Source: Candidatus Bruticola sp. (lineage in GTDB: Bacteria > Vulcanimicrobiota > Xenobia > Xenobiales > Xenobiaceae). Taken from it: DNA of 64,000 bases. The translations under genes and the position numbers were made by a program. How positions within the stretch are numbered: the first letter of the stretch is position 1; the number at the start of each line of letters is the position of its first letter. Shown here piece by piece: positions 1-9,061 of this stretch. The DNA lies in assembly GCA_051874735.1 (NCBI GenBank), contig JBJEGD010000002.1:32001-96000 (forward strand), written 5' to 3'. The notes beneath the pieces are model-generated. The model was not told the origin of the DNA. It ran no database searches and saw nothing but the letters and a program-made list of their open reading frames with translations.

Positions 1-1547
1 GCAATAATTTTGTTTATTTCTGCACGAAGCACATTTTCACGAGCAACTATTCTCTCAATCTCGGCATTGAGCTTCACTATATCTATTTTCTCTCTGGTGT
101 CCTCTGCTTCAACATAGGTGGACACAGAAAGGTTGTAGTCATTTTCTGAAATTTCCTCATAACTTGCCAAATAGGAAAAATGTGCTTTATCCGCACGGGC
201 AGCAAAGGTGGAAACAATACGGTCAATATTCTCCGCAGTCAGCTTGTTGTTATTGGTAACCTTAATACACTCATTGGAAGCATCGATAAACAGAGTTTTG
301 TTATCGGACTTGCCTTTTTTCAAAACCATAATACAGGTGGCAATGGAAGTGCCGAAAAATAAATTGCTCGGCAACTGAATAATGCAGTCAATAAAATTAT
401 TGTCAATTAGATATTTTCTGATTTTCTGCTCTGCGCCACCACGGTACATAATACCGGGGAAACAAACGATAGCGGCCGTGCCGTTGGTATCCAGCCAAGA
501 AAGAGAGTGCATAATAAAAGCCAGGTCCGCTCTCGACTTGGGCGCCAACACGCCGGCCGGAGAAAAACGATGGTCATTAATCAGCAGCTGATTATCATTG
601 CCAGCCCACTTGATAGAGTAAGGGGGATTGGAAACTATCAATTCAAAAGGTTGATCATCCCAATGCTGCGGTGCGGTCAAAGTGTCTTCGCAGGCGATGT
701 CGAATTTATCGAACCCCACATCGTGCAGAAACATATTAATACGACACAGATTATAAGTAGTAATGTTAATTTCTTGTCCGTAAAAGCCGTTTCTGACGGC
801 ATCTTTGCCGAGAATCTTTTCCGCTTTCAAGAGCAGGGAACCAGAGCCGCACGCAGGGTCATAGACCTTATTTATTTCAGTTTTGCCGACTGTACCAAGT
901 CTGGTAAGCAGTTCAGAAACGTCAGCAGGAGTAAAAAATTCACCGCCAGATTTACCTGCATTCGATGCATACATGGTCATCAGATATTCATAGGCGTCAC
1001 CGAAGGCGTCAATGTCATGATCTTTTACATGGCCAAGGTTCATATCGGCGACGCCATGTAGAAGTTTAGCCAGACGTTCGTTTCTTTTAGCAACGGTAGA
1101 ACCTAGTTTGTTGCTATTTACGTCAAAATCATCGAACAGTCCGGCGAAGCTACTTTCAGAGGACGAACCTTTGGCAGAGGCTTCGATATGATGGAACACA
1201 CGTTCTAAAGTTTCATTTAAATTTTCATCATTGTCTGCTCTGAAATTTACATTGCAGAATAGCTCAGACGGCAGAATAAAAAAGCCTTTTTCTTCAACTA
1301 GCCCCTCACGGGCTTCCTCTGCTTCATTGTCGGCCATCGTTACATAATCGAAATCAGTATTACCGGCTTCATGTTCTCCGGCATTGATATAGTCGGCCAA
1401 ATTCTCAGAAATATATCGGTAAAACATGGTGCCAAGGACATAATTCTTAAAGTCCCAACCATCTACGGCACCACGAAGCTCATCTGCGATTGCCCATATG
1501 GCACGGTGCAGCTCATCGCGCTCTTGCTCTTTCTTTTTATCAACCAT
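1..1547 (-). CDS. hsdM: Type I restriction-modification methyltransferase subunit (3' end just beyond window)
   Basis: Not in ORF track. Manual minus-strand translation gives MVDKKKEQERDELHRAIWAIADELRGAVDGWDFKNYVLG, SGGEFFTP, YDPACGSGSLL (SAM binding) and VSNPPYS (catalytic). The same frame reaches position 1. Confidence 0.96.
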   Translation of the reverse strand, partial: MVDKKKEQERDELHRAIWAIADELRGAVDGWDFKNYVLGTMFYRYISENLADYINAGEHEAGNTDFDYVTMADNEAEEAREGLVEEKGFFILPSELFCNVNFRADNDENLNETLERVFHHIEASAKGSSSESSFAGLFDDFDVNSNKLGSTVAKRNERLAKLLHGVADMNLGHVKDHDIDAFGDAYEYLMTMYASNAGKSGGEFFTPADVSELLTRLGTVGKTEINKVYDPACGSGSLLLKAEKILGKDAVRNGFYGQEINITTYNLCRINMFLHDVGFDKFDIACEDTLTAPQHWDDQPFELIVSNPPYSIKWAGNDNQLLINDHRFSPAGVLAPKSRADLAFIMHSLSWLDTNGTAAIVCFPGIMYRGGAEQKIRKYLIDNNFIDCIIQLPSNLFFGTSIATCIMVLKKGKSDNKTLFIDASNECIKVTNNNKLTAENIDRIVSTFAARADKAHFSYLASYEEISENDYNLSVSTYVEAEDTREKIDIVKLNAEIERIVARENVLRAEINKII

Positions 1548-1704
1548 GGCGTTCCCGCTCTTGTTTATCAGGTCTAAATTCCAGAATGTCGTCCACGCTA
1601 CAATCAAGGGCTGAGCAAATTTTTTCAATACTACCTAACGCCACATGGCTGCCACGCTTCAATCTGGCCATAATATTTGCACTAAAGCGGCTTTTTTCCC
1701 CCAT
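1540..1704 (-). pseudogene. 5'-truncated Cro/C1-type (HTH_26-like) regulator remnant overlapping the hsdM start
   Basis: Translates MGEKSRFSANIMARLKRGSHVALGSIEKICSALDCSVDDILEFRPDKQERERHG*. This resembles the C-terminal two thirds of the small HTH genes often found before hsdM; the usual N-terminal helices are missing. Confidence 0.7.
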
Positions 1705-1745
1705 TAAGCATGTAGTTTATTACTACGCTACGTTATGCTCTCTTT

Positions 1746-1777
1746 AAAGAAAAAGGCTGGCCACAACGGGCCAACCT
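1746..1777 (-). terminator. Probable intrinsic terminator of mscL
   Basis: aggctggcc/ggccaacct inverted repeat with A-tract on the left (U-tract on minus strand). Confidence 0.6.
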
Positions 1778-1831
1778 CTCATAAAGGCTATTTAATTATC
1801 TAATTTAAGAGCCACACTGAATCCTAAAATT

Positions 1832-2362
1832 TTATTGCTTGTTGTCACTCTTGCTGCCGTCGGCTTCTGGCTGGACTGAAGCGCAGAATTTACATTTTCT
1901 CGCTCCTATAGGAATTTCACTCAGACATTCAGGACAAGTTTTTACCGTAGGTGTAGCTTTTTCTTTAGCCTCTTTCTTAGCTGTTACCATGGCAACAACC
2001 TTAATTAGCAAGAACAAACAGAAACCGATAATTAAGAAGTTAATTACCTCATTAATAAAACTTCCGTACGCAATAACCGGAATTCCCTTAGCGCGCACTT
2101 GAGCCAGAGGCAAGCTCATTAGATGCTGCATCGTTTCAAGTCCCTCGCCAGGGTTTAGGAACTTACTAGGATCAGTAATTAAAGGAATATGCAAATCAGC
2201 GAAATTTAAGTGCCCCATCAAAACACCAATGGGAGGCATAATAATATCGCTAGTTAGAGAAGATACTATTTTACCAAAAGCGCCACCGATAATAACACCG
2301 ACAGACATATCTAGAACATTGCCTCTGGCAATAAAATTTTTAAATTCATTTATAAAGCCCAT
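1832..2362 (-). CDS. mscL: Large-conductance mechanosensitive channel with C-terminal zinc ribbon
   Basis: EFKNFIARGNVLDMSVGVIIGGAFGKIVSSL and YGSFINEVINFLII; tail CPEC..CKFC. ATG at 2362 preferred over the ORF-track start. Confidence 0.95.
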   Translation of the reverse strand: MGFINEFKNFIARGNVLDMSVGVIIGGAFGKIVSSLTSDIIMPPIGVLMGHLNFADLHIPLITDPSKFLNPGEGLETMQHLMSLPLAQVRAKGIPVIAYGSFINEVINFLIIGFCLFLLIKVVAMVTAKKEAKEKATPTVKTCPECLSEIPIGARKCKFCASVQPEADGSKSDNKQ

Positions 2363-2399
2363 AATTATTAACAACCAACTTAATTAAATAGTGTTCAAA

Positions 2400-2475
2400 C
2401 AAAAAAACAAAAAAATACATTCCGCCTCTGATAACAGCCGACGCATACCTGCCGACTAAATATAGAGACGGAATG
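2400..2475 (-). terminator. Probable terminator downstream of the RluE-like gene
   Basis: cattccgcctct...agagacggaatg stem with long A-tract on the left. Confidence 0.5.
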
Positions 2476-2488
2476 CACTATACCAAAG

Positions 2489-3688
2489 TTAATGCTGACG
2501 GAAACCGCGCTGCATTCTCATACCCCCGCGCTTGTTGCCAGCCATAGCTGTCCCGGAAGTATTCGCAGAGGGACTCCGTCCCCCCTCACATCCTCTGTAA
2601 ATGCGGAACTGTCCGTAATTTTTAGTACTGCGTGCACTCTGAGAAGCTGGAGAGGGACTGCTGCCAACAGCCGAAACCTGCATAAGGCCGCGCGTCCGCT
2701 TGCCAGCAGCTTTCGCCTTTGGGGAAGAACGATGTCCCACTTTAGAAGAACGGCCCTCTTCGCGACAAGCAAAACCTCCAGAGGAGCGACCCTTACTGCG
2801 CTTGGAACGGGATGAACGCTCGGCAGAAGAAGAACGCGCTTTTCTCTGACTACCAAAGCCCAATAACTTGCGTTTTTCCGCGGGCTCTTCAGCTTTAGAT
2901 AATACGGAATCGACCCAGCGCATCTCTTCATAGCTTAGATCTCGACACTGGCCAGGAATCATACCGGTAAGAGTTACAGGACCGAACCCCCAAAGCACCA
3001 AACGCAGAACGGGATAGCCGAAAGAAGCTGAGACCTTACGCACTCCGCGACTATTTCCCGATAGTGTACGCAACTCCAACCAGGCAGTAGGAATGCTCTT
3101 GCGCTCTCGGATAGGCACACTGCGCGAGGGTAACTTAGGAGCAGGAATAACTTCAGCTTCGACATTCTCAGAGCGTCCGCCCTCAACAAGACAGACACCC
3201 TCACGCCAAGCTATAATTGTTTCCTCTGTAGGAATATTTTCAGTCTGAACTAAAAAGGTTCTCAGTTCAGCACAAAGCGGATGGGTCAAAACAGCACGAA
3301 AGCGAGGATTGCTAGTTAGAATCATCAAGCCTTCGGCTTCTTTATCTAGTACGTTTAAAGGGCGTACATCTGGCACATCGATATAATAATCGAGCTCGCC
3401 TTCTGCACGCTCCCCTGTGAATTTAACATCGACGCCGCACGGCTTCCAAAAAGCCAAATATCGGTACTGTTTTTCGGCTTTAGCGGTAGCTTCAGCTCGG
3501 CGTATGCCGGGCATATCGGCATAATGACGTCCGCTCATACGAAAAGACCGCACGCTTCGACCTCCAGAGACATTTAAACGTTCTCCAGAAGAATCTAACC
3601 CGTATCGGCCTCTTCTTCTAAGCGAGGCACTCTGACGGGCCCGACTCTTATCGAGCCGAGCTCCACCGCCCTCAGTGCCACGGCCCAT
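2489..3688 (-). CDS. rluE: RsuA/RluE-family pseudouridine synthase-like protein with degenerate motifs and R/S/G-rich tails
   Basis: FWKP, LDKEAEGLMILT, PIRERKSIPTAWLE (RluE-like), GYPVLRL. Start moved to ATG 3688 to avoid overlap with the upstream gene. Confidence 0.8.
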   Translation of the reverse strand: MGRGTEGGGARLDKSRARQSASLRRRGRYGLDSSGERLNVSGGRSVRSFRMSGRHYADMPGIRRAEATAKAEKQYRYLAFWKPCGVDVKFTGERAEGELDYYIDVPDVRPLNVLDKEAEGLMILTSNPRFRAVLTHPLCAELRTFLVQTENIPTEETIIAWREGVCLVEGGRSENVEAEVIPAPKLPSRSVPIRERKSIPTAWLELRTLSGNSRGVRKVSASFGYPVLRLVLWGFGPVTLTGMIPGQCRDLSYEEMRWVDSVLSKAEEPAEKRKLLGFGSQRKARSSSAERSSRSKRSKGRSSGGFACREEGRSSKVGHRSSPKAKAAGKRTRGLMQVSAVGSSPSPASQSARSTKNYGQFRIYRGCEGGRSPSANTSGTAMAGNKRGGMRMQRGFRQH

Positions 3689-3728
3689 CTCGGACGAGCC
3701 ATAATGATTGCGATTTCTATTTACCAAA

Positions 3729-4622
3729 TTAACCTGCCGCCGAAGTCGCGATTTCGCGATCGGCATCAATATAGATCTGTGCCACAGCCTGTAAGGACTC
3801 ATCATCCCAACCAGCAGCGAGGTCACGCAGCTTCTCGGCAAAAGCGGCTTTGGGATCTAAACCATTGGCGCCCGCCCAATTTTCTACGGCATCTTTCATT
3901 TGTGATACCATAGCCCGGCGATCTTCAGAAAGTCCACTGATAGCACTGTTCATGAACTCCTCAGCAGCCGTCTGCTTAGCTTGAGCGCTAATCTCTTCTC
4001 CAGATTCGTCGGTTATAGGCTTATTCTGGCTGTCATGTATGTCTAAGATACCAACGTTCTGAGCAGGCGTGAACTCAATTTGATTAACACCCTCAACAGG
4101 AGTCAGAGCAGCCAAAGTCTCGGTGGGACGATTTCCATGAATCATGTTGGAAACATAATTCTTAGCGGGCTCTAAACTGCGAGCCGGAACATCGCTGAGG
4201 ATCTCCCTGGCAGCCATGGCATCGTCATCCATACGATTGAGACGCTGAATATCTTCGGCCTTGATATCGTTGCCATAATCACGGACAGACATTTCACCAA
4301 GCGTACCATACTGTTCCTCGTCGTCGCGGAACTTACGCTCGTTTATTTCCTCATCGTCGTCATAAGAATCTTCCAAGACTTCACTAAGATTGCCGGACAT
4401 CGCGGCGTTCTTGGTCATCTCATCAGCTTCAGGAGTTTCATCCATTTGACCAGTAAGAGACAACTGAACATTGTCGCGAACCTCATGCTGGGTGGTTTCG
4501 TCCTGCTTCTGAGTAATCTCTTTTTGAGAACGGACAGAACCGAAACCGATATGGCTCAGGTTTCTGGTAGCCTGAGTCTGAAACATACTACTTGAAGGGT
4601 CCAAACCCCGCATTGCGTCCAT
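3729..4622 (-). CDS. Hypothetical acidic protein with DNVQLS motif
   Basis: 297-aa ORF with GGAGG RBS upstream; no recognisable domain. Confidence 0.8.
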   Translation of the reverse strand: MDAMRGLDPSSSMFQTQATRNLSHIGFGSVRSQKEITQKQDETTQHEVRDNVQLSLTGQMDETPEADEMTKNAAMSGNLSEVLEDSYDDDEEINERKFRDDEEQYGTLGEMSVRDYGNDIKAEDIQRLNRMDDDAMAAREILSDVPARSLEPAKNYVSNMIHGNRPTETLAALTPVEGVNQIEFTPAQNVGILDIHDSQNKPITDESGEEISAQAKQTAAEEFMNSAISGLSEDRRAMVSQMKDAVENWAGANGLDPKAAFAEKLRDLAAGWDDESLQAVAQIYIDADREIATSAAG

Positions 4623-4984
4623 GACTAATCCTCCGATGTATACTACTATCTACTCTGAATTCTATAAACTTTTGCGCAGATGTGAATATCTTTTATGTTA
4701 AAAAATCAACAACTCCCAAAATACCGCATTGCGAGTCGAGAAATATACACTGTATTTCTGCATTTATAATTAAAACTCTTGCTTATTATAAAGTTGGTTT
4801 AACATTTTCTTACTGGTCAGCAATTTTGCCTAACAGCCTAACGGCAGATTTAGAGAGCTTGGGCCTAGAAATAATCAGACGGGAAAGGAAGCTTTTTATG
4901 CAGAAGCCACCGACTCATTTTCTTATGTCAGAGTAAACTCAAGTAAAAATTTAGCTGGCATAAATGCTCTGATTGGAGGCTACT

Positions 4985-5662
4985 TTGGAAGTTACTCAAG
5001 CCTATCATCCTCTATTACATACACTTATGTTTATAAGTAAGTTTCCCCGTCCTTTAAAAGAGATGGAAAGCCCTGACTGGCTGAAACATCTACTTACTTT
5101 GCAAGGCGAAGCGCAAAGGCCTCAGGGAGCTCTTCCTCCTAAAGAAGAAATCTTTAAAATGTATCGCACTCTCTTGCGTTGGGGAGGTTTCAAACCTAGC
5201 GGACGAAGCAAACCAGCAGCAGAGTATTTAGTAAGGGCAGCTGCAACCGGCGAGCTTAACTCTATAAATGCGGCGGTCGACGTCCTAAACAGCGTATCTC
5301 TCCACCTAGGTCTGCCTATAGGCGTTATCGATTTAGATCTCTGTCGCCCTCCTCTGCACATCGACTTAGGACGAGAGGGAGAATCTTATATATTCAATAA
5401 ATCAGGACAAGAGATGAGTCTGAAGGGACTAATAGTGATGCGCGACCAACAAGGTCCCTGCGCCAATCCTGTAAAAGACTCACAGAGAACTAAAACTAAT
5501 GACGAAACTAAACGCACACTTACTATAGTATGGGGCAATAAAGAATGTTTAGCTCCAGCTTTAATGGCTGTAGAATGGCAAAAAAAGCTGCTACGCCAAC
5601 TAGGAGCTGAAATTGAAGATGTAACGACCATATTCGAATTAGCTCCAGCAGATCAAACTTAA
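4985..5662 (+). CDS. B3/B4 domain protein (PheRS beta-like, putative tRNA editing)
   Basis: GFKPSGRSKPAAEYL, INAAVDVLNSVSL..GLPIGVID, NPVKDSQRT; GGAGG before TTG 4985. Confidence 0.88.
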   Translation: MEVTQAYHPLLHTLMFISKFPRPLKEMESPDWLKHLLTLQGEAQRPQGALPPKEEIFKMYRTLLRWGGFKPSGRSKPAAEYLVRAAATGELNSINAAVDVLNSVSLHLGLPIGVIDLDLCRPPLHIDLGREGESYIFNKSGQEMSLKGLIVMRDQQGPCANPVKDSQRTKTNDETKRTLTIVWGNKECLAPALMAVEWQKKLLRQLGAEIEDVTTIFELAPADQT

Positions 5663-5791
5663 ATTGCGCGGTTTTCCAACGAAATTTAGCACATTATTTC
5701 TAACCTAGGGGAAAAGTTAACCTCTATACGAATTATCTACATATTTAAGTTAAAGTTAGGATAATTATTTTTTAGTGAGGTAATTAAGAAA

Positions 5792-6169
5792 ATGAAAAAA
5801 TTCATCTTAAGCTTTTGCCTTGCTTTAGCGTCTGCTTCCCTGTTGAGCGGATGCGCAGGCGACTATGAAGCGAATCCCAGTCGTTTTTATTTAGAGAGCA
5901 ACCGTCCTTGTTCTATTGAGCAAGTAGCTCAGCAGCTTCCCGCTGATCTTATCGCCCAAGAGACGACTGTTAAACTCTACGCTTATAAAGATGGCCAGCG
6001 CCGCTTAATAAAAACTGAAGTTTATCCTGCGAATACGATCAGTGCTGCTGAGATTTTGCAAAATCTTCCCTCTTCTGGTCATTACTGGTTAGAGACAGAC
6101 TTAAAAAGTTCAAATCGTACCTTAACTTATAAAGCTGAGCTCTGCGATTCTCAGCTAACTCTCCACTAG
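5792..6169 (+). CDS. Small lipoprotein, unknown function
   Basis: Lipobox LLSGC after a hydrophobic N-terminus; GAGG RBS. Confidence 0.8.
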   Translation: MKKFILSFCLALASASLLSGCAGDYEANPSRFYLESNRPCSIEQVAQQLPADLIAQETTVKLYAYKDGQRRLIKTEVYPANTISAAEILQNLPSSGHYWLETDLKSSNRTLTYKAELCDSQLTLH

Positions 6170-6196
6170 ATGCAGTTTATATGGCTGCATACAATA

Positions 6197-6252
6197 AAAT
6201 AAGCGCCGACAGCCTATTTTAGTGCAAACAACGTGTCGGCGCTTATTTATTT
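6197..6252. terminator. Bidirectional terminator between convergent genes
   Basis: aaataagcgccgaca / tgtcggcgcttattt 15-bp inverted repeat. Confidence 0.75.
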
Positions 6253-6268
6253 TATTAAATCGGTTACT

Positions 6269-8101
6269 TTAAGGAGCAGAACGAACGGTTCGGCCCCCAA
6301 TATCAGAACTGCCGTTCTGCATCATACAATAATTATTTATAGCAGACGCCAATTCTTCAGCAATAATCTGCCGACATTTTTGATCAGCCAGCTTTACGCC
6401 GTCATGGTAATTTGTTAAATAAGCCATTTCCACTAAAACAGCCGGCATATCGGTATTGCGCAGCACATAGAAACTCTCCCGCAGCGTACCGATTTGATAG
6501 AATCCTAAAGAGCTTAGCGAAAATTCTAACGCTTTGGCCAAAGGTTTGTCTTCTGTTTTGCACCAATAAACTGAGCTTCCGTTAGGCACAGAAGATACGC
6601 TGGCATTGCAGTGCAAACTAATAAAGAAATCAGCGCCAATATTGTTGGCTACATCGCATCGAGACTGCAGCTCTACTGAATCTGGAGATCCTCGCCAGCT
6701 GACATCTCTATCATCTTCCCGAGTCATAACCACTTCCCAGCCTTCGCTTTCTAGCAGATCGCGCAGGCGCATAGCTACATCGAGAGTAATTTGTTTTTCA
6801 TAAACTCCTAAAGCGCGGCTATAACAGCCGGGATCTCCGCCGCCATGGCCAGGATCTAATACTATTATGCCGCGCTTTTCTATAAAGTCTAAAGTCTGTC
6901 CCCTACCACTAACCAGGGCCTCCTCCTGTTTCTCATCCTCGGACTTAGCAAAAAAACGCACCGCTATGGTACTATCTTTATCTGAGCTAGGAAAAGTAAA
7001 AGAAGTATGCCTCTGGAGTGCAAACTCCAAACGCAGTATAGGATGATAGGCGCTGCCTACAGCGGACGCTTCAGCGAAATCGAATAATTTAAGCATACTC
7101 TCCGGCATATGCACTGAAGTATCACTGTCAACATTATCTAAATAGAGGCAGAGACGATGGCAGTCGGCGCAATAATTCCAGAAATAGCGGAAGGGTGTTG
7201 AAGCTGCTACAATTATATCTTCAAATTGGTTATCACCGTTTTCATATATCTGAACTTCGCAGCTATTTAAGGCTGAAGTTTCCTGCTGAGCAGCCGAGAG
7301 TGAAAATTGGGGCGAACAGATTATACTAATAGATTTATTGTCGAATGATTCACGCAAAATTGGCGACCAATGGGCAGGGAACTTGTAATTTAGCGTCAAC
7401 ATCGGGACGCCGTTTACTTGTTCAGATTCAGCTTCAATGCTGATATGCTCCTTATGCACTTGCTGTTCAGCTTCTCCCCATACAGCAGAGCGAAACTGAA
7501 GAGAAATATTGTCAGCATCACTGCTGACGACTTTCCAATCGGGACGAAATGGAAACTTCATGATCAGTTTTCGACCATCAGCGTCTGTGTGCACCGTAGG
7601 AGCAGACACTTTGTAAGCCAACGTAGTCGCCTCGGACTCTAGTTTTGTCTCATCAGAGCATACAGCCAAATTGAGCAGCTGCACGAACAACTTCGGCTCC
7701 ATGAGACGATTTCCTGAGTAATTGCGCATTACCCCTGCAGCAGGAATCTTTTGACTATTGGGCCCAACAATTTCACGGCTGTCAGCGGACACTATCAGCT
7801 CTTCAGGGCCGGCAAACACTATTAAAGTGCTTCCGCTGCTGCTCCAGTTAAAACGACGTCCTGATTTAGCGATCAAACGCTCCGCCTCTTCACTGTCAAC
7901 GAGTAAAAAGAGACGCTCTGAATCATCTGTTTCGCTGTTTTTTTCAGATCCCGCCAAGGTAATGCAAGGAATAGAGTAGAGCGTCGATCCAAGACGGTAA
8001 TTGCAGACAGATTCTGCTTCCTTAGCTGGAGCAGCTCTCAATCCTAACAAAAAAAATAAACTGATAGCAGCAACAAATAAGTAAAAATTTTTCATAGGCA
8101 T
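6269..8101 (-). CDS. Secreted N-acetylmuramoyl-L-alanine amidase (Amidase_3)
   Basis: Signal peptide; DPGHGG.DPG, EK.ITL, SLHCNA and VEMAY zinc/catalytic motifs. Confidence 0.93.
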   Translation of the reverse strand: MPMKNFYLFVAAISLFFLLGLRAAPAKEAESVCNYRLGSTLYSIPCITLAGSEKNSETDDSERLFLLVDSEEAERLIAKSGRRFNWSSSGSTLIVFAGPEELIVSADSREIVGPNSQKIPAAGVMRNYSGNRLMEPKLFVQLLNLAVCSDETKLESEATTLAYKVSAPTVHTDADGRKLIMKFPFRPDWKVVSSDADNISLQFRSAVWGEAEQQVHKEHISIEAESEQVNGVPMLTLNYKFPAHWSPILRESFDNKSISIICSPQFSLSAAQQETSALNSCEVQIYENGDNQFEDIIVAASTPFRYFWNYCADCHRLCLYLDNVDSDTSVHMPESMLKLFDFAEASAVGSAYHPILRLEFALQRHTSFTFPSSDKDSTIAVRFFAKSEDEKQEEALVSGRGQTLDFIEKRGIIVLDPGHGGGDPGCYSRALGVYEKQITLDVAMRLRDLLESEGWEVVMTREDDRDVSWRGSPDSVELQSRCDVANNIGADFFISLHCNASVSSVPNGSSVYWCKTEDKPLAKALEFSLSSLGFYQIGTLRESFYVLRNTDMPAVLVEMAYLTNYHDGVKLADQKCRQIIAEELASAINNYCMMQNGSSDIGGRTVRSAP

Positions 8102-8293
8102 ATTTTTAGTCCAATAGCAACTAAACGAATCAATCAGCAGCAGCCCCCCGCTTTGTTTTCTACTAATCTCTGCCTAAAAGCAGTTTTTTCTAAAATATGG
8201 CAAGACCAAGTTATTTCCTTGTCTTTTTGTTAGTCTCTCTTATAATCTTTTCAAGATAAAAAAAAAGAAGATGATATAAACCATCTTCCTAAT

Positions 8294-8370
<77 letters not shown>

Positions 8371-8458
8371 ATATTTGTTTATCGCATTTGCAGCATCTCT
8401 CGACTGCCCTCAAAGTATACACAGAACAGATAACGATGTCAAGAGCTTTCATAAAAAA

Positions 8459-8947
8459 TTATTTCTTCATTGAAATATGCTCGTCATCGCCATCCTGCTC
8501 AGCCGCTCCAGAGACAGCTCTGACCATGACAAACACCACCGCTCCTAAAATAAAATACGGAACTAGCATAGCCATTAAGTAAGCGGCCTGCGCTCTGCTA
8601 CTAATAGCCCCGGAAGGCTGCTCTATGCCTTTTAAAGGTACTTTGAATTTTAGAAGCATGTCTACTGTATAGCTATCCGACACATTGCGCACCAAGTACC
8701 GGCCCTCACGACCGTCAGCATAAATAAGGTCTTTGTACATTTGAACTGAGGCTACTTCCCCATTTTTCACATCTTCAACAAATTGGCTGTAAGTTTTTTC
8801 CACAGTTGGAGCCTCAGCTCGGCGCTGCCACCCAGCGACAATCCAAGTCAGACCGAAAGAAAGTAAAGCCAAAAGCACAATCGCTAAACAGATAATTTTA
8901 GGCAGAGGTACACGCCCATTGCGTCTATTCCTGTAAACAGCAGCCAT
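8459..8947 (-). CDS. Stand-alone FtsH extracellular-domain-like membrane protein (TM-FtsH_ext-TM)
   Basis: TYSQFVEDVKNGEVASV between two hydrophobic segments; no AAA+ or protease domain follows. Confidence 0.75.
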   Translation of the reverse strand: MAAVYRNRRNGRVPLPKIICLAIVLLALLSFGLTWIVAGWQRRAEAPTVEKTYSQFVEDVKNGEVASVQMYKDLIYADGREGRYLVRNVSDSYTVDMLLKFKVPLKGIEQPSGAISSRAQAAYLMAMLVPYFILGAVVFVMVRAVSGAAEQDGDDEHISMKK

Positions 8948-9011
8948 ACGTTTTTTGTTCCAATAAAAATGTAATTTTACAAACAGCCGCCTTAAAATAT
9001 TAAGGGCTGCA

Positions 9012-9050
9012 GAAAAAAGATTATCGGCTCTATATAGATAGAGCCGATAA
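9012..9050 (-). terminator. Terminator after the RING-like gene
   Basis: ttatcggctctat / atagagccgataa perfect inverted repeat with A-tract on the left. Confidence 0.75.
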
Positions 9051-9061
9051 CCGATGGGACA

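Noticed and set aside
180-1577. Plus-strand ORFs, including 507..1061 (184 aa)
   Set aside because: Antisense shadows of hsdM.
3689-3841. Apparent overlap of the RluE-like ORF with 3729..4622
   Set aside because: Artefact of longest-ORF start; ATG 3688 removes the overlap.
4682-4936. 84-aa ORF
   Set aside because: Lies in an AT-rich divergent promoter region; no RBS or motif.
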